From Anaerolineae bacterium (lineage in GTDB: Bacteria; Chloroflexota; Anaerolineae; SpSt-600), in contig JANXAG010000002.1 in NCBI GenBank assembly GCA_025062375.1, positions 2,101-66,100 on the forward strand: 64,000 bases of DNA. The letters are read 5' to 3'. Below the pieces are notes generated by a model, which was not told the DNA's origin, searched no databases, and saw nothing but the letters and a program-made list of their open reading frames with translations. Made by a program: the position numbers and the translations under genes. Shown piece by piece: positions 58,501 to 64,000 of this stretch (position 1 is the stretch's first letter; each line of letters starts with the position of its first letter).

Positions 58501-59433
58501 TCCAACATCGTGAAAGCCATAGCCGATTTTGCCGAACAAAGGCCAGCTCCGCGGCTCAGAGTGAATGTAAACCAGATCGTGGAACAAACCTTAGCTTTCT
58601 ATCATTCGGAACTGAAGAGCAACAACGTAGAGGTAACCAGAGAGTTAGCTTCTGACCTTCCGGAAACAGGGGGTGATCCATACCAGCTCCAGCAAGCTTT
58701 TGAGCAAATAATAATCAATGCCTACCAAGCCCTCAAACCCAAGGGCGGAGGAAAACTCATAGTCCGCACAAGAAAGCAGGAAAGCCCAGAGCCCATGATC
58801 GTCATTGAGTTCATAAACGATGGCCCCCCCATACCTGAAGATATACTTCCGCACATATTCAATCCCTTTGTGAGCGGGAAGGATGGGCATGAAGGGCTGG
58901 GACTGTCCATAACATACAGCATCATAGCCCGACACGGTGGCACCGTATGGGCTGAAAATCTTCCCGAAGGAGGGGTTCGCTTCGGGGTAGAGATTCCCAT
59001 TGTGGTTCCGGAGCCAGATTGGGCTCTCAAGACCCTCAGGGAGCTGGAAAAAAGCCAGAGCCCAACTGTTCTCCTTATGGGTAAGGGGCTTCGTATTCTG
59101 GAAATGGAGAGGACCTTTTCTTCCTGGGGCTACCGCTGCTTGAAAGCTTACAGCCTTTCGGAAGCTCTGGAATTAATGGGGAAGGAAAAGCTTTCAGCCA
59201 TCTTTTGTCTTTTGTCTCCGGAGTTTTCGGAAGATTGTTTTGAATTTTACAGAAAGGCAGTGGAGATAGAGCCGGCTTTCGCCAGAAAATTCATCTTCTT
59301 GGTTAAAGGTCCTGTGCCTGCGAATTTGTCTCGCCTTCTGAGGACAACGGCCGGGCTCCATCTTGTGGAGCCTGTGGACCCGGAAACCCTTCGCCAAACT
59401 TTGGGGAAAATAATCTTCACAACGGAGGGTTAA
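55510..59433 (+). CDS. Hybrid sensor kinase: extracellular amino-acid-binding (SBP family 3) domain, 3 GAF, PAS, HisKA, HATPase, pseudo-receiver
   Basis: 'DYAFPPFEY', 'DLKGLKVAVQKG', TM helix, GAF repeats, 'LAHELNNPL', 'QLQQAFEQIIINA', 'GLGLSI'. Confidence 0.9.
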   Translation: MIIKIRDLLSRPKILLALGIVLALLAGAGVYFNLLTLKKPALSPSQKEWLARKGKIVIAGDYAFPPFEYVEGNEYKGFNVDLVYSLALNLGVEVEIRPMLWEEARRALEEGRVDAIQGMRYTPERATIYSFSRPFLQSYSTIFILADRQGISSVNDLKGLKVAVQKGDVSYDYLSTLPEINILAVETQEEGLELLLEGKVDAFVGNKWVGLFILKKAGAEEKVKTVGAPLFPSPYCMAVRKGEEELLSILNTGLEILESNSTLAALYQKWFGTSAEIHPRIAVMPLLIRVSGLVIFLFLTTFFLYIWNLTLRREVRKSVTVEKTLRERLKALYELSRKLPLLSDEREIAQVVITIARDVVGVSSSSLWLLDESRGVLVELKEGGGRELSLYSENIVSRVARTGEISHLAEAQSDPQCAEIYPQAGSCLCIPIHAAGKILGVLVGTKEVKRGFSPDEQELLVALAEQASVALENIKLRRGLDAQLQDLAQEVLHRTLIQEIASLASSSFDIRKILNTAAAKIVETLGVSHCAIILFDLDKMEGTVEAEFPIQDSLGLKFDLRTYPALSYLIETRKPLVVPDVEAEPLLEQIRTLLAMAEIRSLLFIPLIHQENIVGSIGIEVKGEKREFSATEIQLLQAVAYQLTMAIQNARLYHEIQTRYHQLASLQDSIRVLNSYLDLDGILSLLKGLIIGLLDADRSAILLFDEEKKLRCVASDGLSAGYVSLIESLQIWPPDLEEAPPPLMVSDILKDPFFISIRGATMDEGISSALYLPLFHRGKLLGSIAIFCDEPRYFSPMEISIARAIADQAAVAINNAILFREVKKAGEEWDETFNGIREGIVLVDPGFRILRANEAFGKLAGLPCRELIGRTVYEVFPSLRDIHPPVTPQNIPNGREKLWHLKNRTFRIIHHPIIGVTGLVEKMVVIFEDITEKLALQNRLLQTHTLASLGKMASALAHELNNPLAVILGYASLLQMEPIPEKVREALQEMEANARRASNIVKAIADFAEQRPAPRLRVNVNQIVEQTLAFYHSELKSNNVEVTRELASDLPETGGDPYQLQQAFEQIIINAYQALKPKGGGKLIVRTRKQESPEPMIVIEFINDGPPIPEDILPHIFNPFVSGKDGHEGLGLSITYSIIARHGGTVWAENLPEGGVRFGVEIPIVVPEPDWALKTLRELEKSQSPTVLLMGKGLRILEMERTFSSWGYRCLKAYSLSEALELMGKEKLSAIFCLLSPEFSEDCFEFYRKAVEIEPAFARKFIFLVKGPVPANLSRLLRTTAGLHLVEPVDPETLRQTLGKIIFTTEG

Positions 59434-59436
59434 GCC

Positions 59437-60519
59437 ATGTTCCTGATTTTAACCATAAATCCTGGCTCTACTTCAACCAAAATTGCTCTTTTTGAGGATG
59501 AAAATTGCATCTTGAGGGAAGAGATATACCACTCGCCCGAGGAGCTTCTCCAGTACAAAAGAATTGTAGAGCAATATCCCCTGCGCCGGGATGCAGTGCT
59601 GAAGTTTCTGGAAAAAAGCGGGGTTGCCCTTTCATCCCTCAGCGCAGTGGTGGGAAGGGGAGGGATAATGCGCCCTCTGGAGAGCGGCACTTACCTCATA
59701 AACCAAAAAATGCTGGAAGACCTCGGGGCGCCCAAGGAAAGGGAACATGCCTCAAACCTGGGAGCTTTTCTGGCTTACGAAATAGCGCAGAAAGCAGGAG
59801 TTCCCGCTTTTGTGGTGGATCCAGTGTGCGTTGATGAATTTGATGATATTGCCCGAATTTCAGGCCTTCCGGAAATAGAACGTAAGAGCCTATCCCATGC
59901 TCTGAACTTAAAAGCGGCAGGCCGCAAAGCTGGCAGGGATCTTGGAAAAAGCTACCAGGAACTCAACCTGGTCATAGTCCATATGGGCGGCGGGATATCA
60001 GTTTCAGCCCACCGCAAGGGCAGAATGGTGGATGTAAATCAGGCTCTGGATGGAACCGGCCCCTTTTCCCCGGAAAGGGCTGGCGGATTGCCCATCGGAG
60101 ATCTCATAAGAATGTGCTATTCAGTCCCGCCTTACGATAAAACTCGCTACACTTACGAAGAGATGATTATCAAAGTAACTCGCAGAGGAGGACTTCTGGC
60201 CCACCTTGGCACCAACGATGCAAGGGAAGTGGAAAAGCGCATAGCTCAGGGAGATGAACGTGCCCGCCTTATCTACGAAGCCATGGCCTATCAGATTGCC
60301 AAGGAAATAGGAGCAATGGCTACGGTCCTCAAGGGAGAAATAGACGCTATCGTGCTAACCGGAGGCCTCGCTCGCTCTGAAATGCTGGTAGGCTGGATAA
60401 AAGAAAGAGTGGGATGGATCGCTCCCATCCTGGTTTATCCAGGGGAGGATGAAATGCTGGCCATGGCTCAGGGAGCTCTGAGGGTGCTGAGGGGCGAGGA
60501 AAAAGCGAAGGAATACTGA
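59437..60519 (+). CDS. buk: Butyrate kinase
   Basis: Motifs 'INPGSTSTK', 'HASNLG', 'HALN', 'HMGGGISV' and 'GPFSPERAG'. Confidence 0.95.
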   Translation: MFLILTINPGSTSTKIALFEDENCILREEIYHSPEELLQYKRIVEQYPLRRDAVLKFLEKSGVALSSLSAVVGRGGIMRPLESGTYLINQKMLEDLGAPKEREHASNLGAFLAYEIAQKAGVPAFVVDPVCVDEFDDIARISGLPEIERKSLSHALNLKAAGRKAGRDLGKSYQELNLVIVHMGGGISVSAHRKGRMVDVNQALDGTGPFSPERAGGLPIGDLIRMCYSVPPYDKTRYTYEEMIIKVTRRGGLLAHLGTNDAREVEKRIAQGDERARLIYEAMAYQIAKEIGAMATVLKGEIDAIVLTGGLARSEMLVGWIKERVGWIAPILVYPGEDEMLAMAQGALRVLRGEEKAKEY

Positions 60520-60522
60520 ACC

Positions 60523-61071
60523 ATGATTTTTAATCCACTGGACGGTCTCATCCTTCTTGGGCTTGGTGCTGGGGCGTTCTGGGGCTTTAGCAGGGGAAGC
60601 TTAAGAGAGTTAATTGATGTGGTATGCCTTTACCTTGCTACTCTGGCGACCACTCTGGTTTTCCAGAGACCTGCCAGATGGTTCGCCCTTAACTTCGATT
60701 TACCATTACCATTTACGGAAATTTTGACCTTTACCCTGCTACTGGCGGGCTTTTTCTCCTTCTTCCTCTACATCGCCCTTGACTTTTTGAAACCACCCAG
60801 GGGGCGATACCTGACAATAACCGACAGAATGGGTGGGATGATTTTCGGATTGCTCTTTGCGCTGATTTTAATCAGTCTTGTTCTCTTTTTCCTGGATCAC
60901 GCCTTAAAAGTTAACTGGCTCAGGTGGGATCAATACCGAAAAGCCATCCTTGAGACCAGAATCGCTTCCCTCATAGCCCCTTTTATAGAAGAGTTTGGGA
61001 GAACAATCCTGCTGGTGCTCAGACCTTTCTTCCCTAAAGGGTTACCCTCGCTTCTGGAACCCCGCCTCTGA
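60523..61071 (+). CDS. CvpA-family membrane protein
   Basis: 'N.LD........G...GF.RG', 'DRMGGMIFG'; 4 TM segments. Confidence 0.8.
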   Translation: MIFNPLDGLILLGLGAGAFWGFSRGSLRELIDVVCLYLATLATTLVFQRPARWFALNFDLPLPFTEILTFTLLLAGFFSFFLYIALDFLKPPRGRYLTITDRMGGMIFGLLFALILISLVLFFLDHALKVNWLRWDQYRKAILETRIASLIAPFIEEFGRTILLVLRPFFPKGLPSLLEPRL

Positions 61072-61281
61072 ATTCATTGGGGATAAAGGCGGGGTTATCC
61101 AGCTCTGGAGGAGGCTGCAAAGGTGGAAGCATCTTCTACTGGCCGGGAGCAAGCTGTTCAGGAAAATGGCAGGAGTTTGGGTGCTGGAAAATAGAGCAAA
61201 ATGTTCAGCCCCTACGCAAGACCTCAGCGTCAGGAACTTTACAGACTGGTAATGGTCTTCTTGCGCAGGAGCCGTGCGAGC

Positions 61282-61309
61282 TTGACAACCCTATCGCACT
61301 TCATATAAT
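61282..61309 (+). promoter_or_regulatory. Consensus promoter of the ABC operon
   Basis: TTGACA-16 nt-TATAAT. Confidence 0.8.
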
Positions 61310-61350
61310 TTTTTTCCCTGTAATAGCAAACCTTCGAGGAGGTGATGGAA

Positions 61351-62508
61351 ATGGGGCGGCTTTACTGGGTGGTTTTGCCTATAATGCTGGCTCTGGTGGT
61401 CGCACCAGTCTTCGCCCAGGGACCTTCCGAGGGACTAGTTATTTTTACCCGTTACCCTTCCCGCGTTATTGAACCGGGGAAAACCCCCTATTTTGATCTT
61501 ACCGTCAAGAATAACAGCTTATATCCCCTTACTGTCCGCCTCAATGTAAAAGACCTGCCCGAAGGATGGACTGCTACTTTCCGGGGAGGAGGAGACATAA
61601 TTCAGGCGGTTTACCTCCGGCCAGGTGAGGAAGCATCCGTTTCTCTGAGGCTTGAACTGCCTCCCGGGCTTTCTTCAGGAGCCTTTACCTTTACCGTAGT
61701 AGCTGAAAGTGCTGGAGCTGTCGCCTCTTTCCCTCTGGAGCTGGTTTTTAAAGAGAAATTGCCCCCCAGGCTCTCCATGGAGGTCGAGCTTCCGACCCTT
61801 AAAGGGACTTCCACCACCACTTTCCGCTACGATGTAACCGTGAAGAACGAAGGCGATGAGGATATAACGGTGAACTTGAGCGCTGATGTTCCTAAGGGGT
61901 TCATTGTAAGCTTCAAGTCTTACGGGAAAGATGTATCCAGCATCCCGATAAAGGCTAATAGTTCAGAACGCTTGACGGTAGAAGTTGAGCCCTTCGTTGA
62001 ATTGCCAGCTGGGAGCTATCCCATAAATATAAGAGTCCAGGGGCCTGAAGTGGAAACCTCTGCTACTCTCGTAGCTGAGATAACCGGTCAGCCTCGCTTG
62101 TCTATAACTACCCCTGATGGTAGGCTCTCGGGTCAAGCTTACGCTGGCCGTGAATCCCCCCTTAGAGTTGTGATCCAGAACAACGGTTCCGCTCCGGCCT
62201 ACGGAGTAAAACTGAATGCCTATGAGCCCTCAGGATGGAGTGTGGAGTTCGAACCCAGCGATGAAATCGACGAAATCCCTGTGGGAAAGCAGGTAGAAGT
62301 GACGGTTAAGGTGCGCCCGTCGGAAAAGGCAGTGGCTGGAGACTACATGCTGACCCTTAATGCTACCCCTAAAGAGGGGTCCAGTGCTTCCGCCGATTTC
62401 CGCATTACTGTGTTAACTTCAACCCTGTGGGGTGTGGTCGGTTTGGGAATAATCGCTGTGGCTGTTCTTGTGGTAGCTCTTGCTGTAATGCGCTTCGGCC
62501 GGCGCTAA
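61351..62508 (+). CDS. Surface protein with tandem NEW3/CARDB-like Ig domains and C-terminal membrane anchor
   Basis: Signal peptide, three beta-rich repeats ('LPEGW', 'PSGW', 'GDY'), C-terminal TM helix followed by 'RFGRR'. Confidence 0.8.
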   Translation: MGRLYWVVLPIMLALVVAPVFAQGPSEGLVIFTRYPSRVIEPGKTPYFDLTVKNNSLYPLTVRLNVKDLPEGWTATFRGGGDIIQAVYLRPGEEASVSLRLELPPGLSSGAFTFTVVAESAGAVASFPLELVFKEKLPPRLSMEVELPTLKGTSTTTFRYDVTVKNEGDEDITVNLSADVPKGFIVSFKSYGKDVSSIPIKANSSERLTVEVEPFVELPAGSYPINIRVQGPEVETSATLVAEITGQPRLSITTPDGRLSGQAYAGRESPLRVVIQNNGSAPAYGVKLNAYEPSGWSVEFEPSDEIDEIPVGKQVEVTVKVRPSEKAVAGDYMLTLNATPKEGSSASADFRITVLTSTLWGVVGLGIIAVAVLVVALAVMRFGRR

Positions 62509-62532
62509 CCCCTTTGACAAGAGGTGAACCCT

Positions 62533-63477
62533 ATGACAAGGTGGGTTGTAGAAACGGTCGGGCTCACCAAACGCTATGGTGAGCTTGTGGCGGTGGATAA
62601 GCTCAACCTCAAGGTCCAGGAAGGGGAAGTTTTCGGCTTGCTGGGGCCCAACGGTTCTGGAAAAACCACTACTATCCTCATGCTTCTGGGCCTCACTGAA
62701 CCTACCTCTGGCAGTGTAAGGGTTTTGGGTTTTGACCCTACCCGCCAGCCCCTGAGCGTTAAGTCCAGGGTTGGATATCTCCCGGAGCTGGTAGGCTTTT
62801 ACGATGATTTAACCGCCAGAGAGAACATGATTTACATAGCAAAGCTCAACGGTCTTTCCAGGCGCGAAGCTTATAAACGCATAGAGCAAGCTCTGGAACA
62901 GGTTGGCCTCAAAGATGTGGCCGATAAGCCTGTAGCTGCCTTCTCCCGGGGTATGCGACAACGCCTGGGGCTGGCGGAAATTCTCATAAAAAACCCCAGT
63001 TTAATTATCCTGGATGAGCCTACCCAAGGGCTTGACCCCGAAGGAGCAAGGGAATTCCTGGAAATGGTCAAAGAGCTTAAAAGGCGTGGGATAACCGTTT
63101 TGCTTTCTTCTCACATATTATCTCAGGTTCAGAAGATATGCGACCGCGTGGGCCTTTTCCACAGGGGAAAGATGGTGCTGGAAGGCACCGTTAGCGAGTT
63201 AGCCCTCAAAGTTCTGGGTTATGCTTACAGAATCCGTCTGGAAGCCCAGGGCTCTCCTGAGGCCATCATTAAAGCCCTGCGAAGCGTCCCCGGCGTCCTT
63301 GAAGTATACCAGCCGGCTCCTGGAATTTACGAGGCTAAAGCGGAAAAAGATGTGCGTTCAGAAACTGTGCGGGCCATCTTGGAAGCCGGAGGAATTTTCA
63401 GAGGCCTCGCGGTTGAAGAGCCAAACCTTGATGAAGTTTACACTGGCTATTTTGAAAAGTTGGAGGTGGAAAAATGA
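62533..63477 (+). CDS. ABC-2-type transporter ATPase
   Basis: Motifs 'GPNGSGKTT', 'FSRGMRQR', '[10 protein letters not shown]' and 'SSH'. Confidence 0.93.
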   Translation: MTRWVVETVGLTKRYGELVAVDKLNLKVQEGEVFGLLGPNGSGKTTTILMLLGLTEPTSGSVRVLGFDPTRQPLSVKSRVGYLPELVGFYDDLTARENMIYIAKLNGLSRREAYKRIEQALEQVGLKDVADKPVAAFSRGMRQRLGLAEILIKNPSLIILDEPTQGLDPEGAREFLEMVKELKRRGITVLLSSHILSQVQKICDRVGLFHRGKMVLEGTVSELALKVLGYAYRIRLEAQGSPEAIIKALRSVPGVLEVYQPAPGIYEAKAEKDVRSETVRAILEAGGIFRGLAVEEPNLDEVYTGYFEKLEVEK

Positions 63478-64000
63478 ACCTCAGAGCTGAGCGTGAGGGT
63501 TCGCCCTGGAAAGGCTTATGGGCAGTAATGACCAAAGAGATGGCCGACCATTTGACCAGTGTCCGGATGCAGATTTTGGAAGCGCTCATAGCTCTCACAG
63601 CTTTCGTAACCGTTTATGCTGCTATTCAAAAGATAAGAACTGTTATAGGGCATGACCCATTTTTATTCCTCAAGCTTTTTACAGAGAACAGGGAGCCTTT
63701 GCCGGCCTTTGTGGGCCTTTTAGGTTTCCTTGTCCCTTTGGTAGCTATAGCTCTGGCTTTTGATGCTATTAACGGTGAATTTAACCGCCGGACTATTTCT
63801 CGCCTTCTTGCTCAACCCATCTACCGCGATGCTCTTCTCTTCGGCAAGTTCCTGGCAGGTTTTTTCACCCTGGCCTTGATGCTGGTAGCAATATGGCTTT
63901 TGGTGATGGGTCTGGGGCTACTTCTGCTGGGCGTACCTCCGAGGGGGGAGGAGGTTTTAAGGAGCTTTTTGCATTTAGGGGCCTGTCTATTCTACGGCGG
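63474..64000 (+). CDS. ABC-2-type permease (truncated by the window end; absent from the ORF track)
   Basis: ATG overlaps the ATPase stop. Hand translation: [27 protein letters not shown]...[36 protein letters not shown]. Confidence 0.9.
   Translation, partial: MNLRAEREGSPWKGLWAVMTKEMADHLTSVRMQILEALIALTAFVTVYAAIQKIRTVIGHDPFLFLKLFTENREPLPAFVGLLGFLVPLVAIALAFDAINGEFNRRTISRLLAQPIYRDALLFGKFLAGFFTLALMLVAIWLLVMGLGLLLLGVPPRGEEVLRSFLHLGACLFYG

Noticed and set aside
60995-61472. Short ORFs between cvpA and the NEW3 gene
   Set aside because: They span a consensus promoter and overlap real genes; no motifs.
1-64000. CRISPR array, rRNA, prophage or defence system
   Set aside because: No regularly spaced repeats, rRNA-like sequence or recognisable cas, phage or restriction genes.

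Overview
A 64-kb, gene-dense, mostly housekeeping bacterial region. Gene content (LuxR-TM-Kelch protein, CAD-like pyrC/pyrB, multi-GAF kinases, ptb/buk) suggests an anaerobic, probably thermophilic Chloroflexota (Anaerolineae-like) organism; this is inference, not a taxonomic search result. It contains about 50 CDS, tRNA-Gln(UUG), tRNA-Sec (selC), a Val T-box, many near-consensus sigma-70 promoters and two copies of a degenerate ~230-bp MITE-like repeat. No CRISPR array, rRNA, integrase or intact transposase was seen. Most notable: (1) an unannotated two-gene operon (45981-48016) encoding a protein with several RNAP-delta/HARE-like winged helices plus a B3-like barrel, and a small Cys-rich winged-helix partner; (2) an FGGY kinase coupled to a sphingosine-1-phosphate-lyase-like enzyme; (3) a minimal SmsCB-type Fe-S system with a palindromic operator, next to an HPCC-motif ABC importer; (4) an unfused, CAD-like DHOase-ATCase pair with a possible leader-peptide attenuator; (5) mfd split by a one-base shortfall in an A5 run; (6) a four-gene catabolic cluster in which two enzymes carry altered catalytic residues. 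All family assignments are by eye from motifs.
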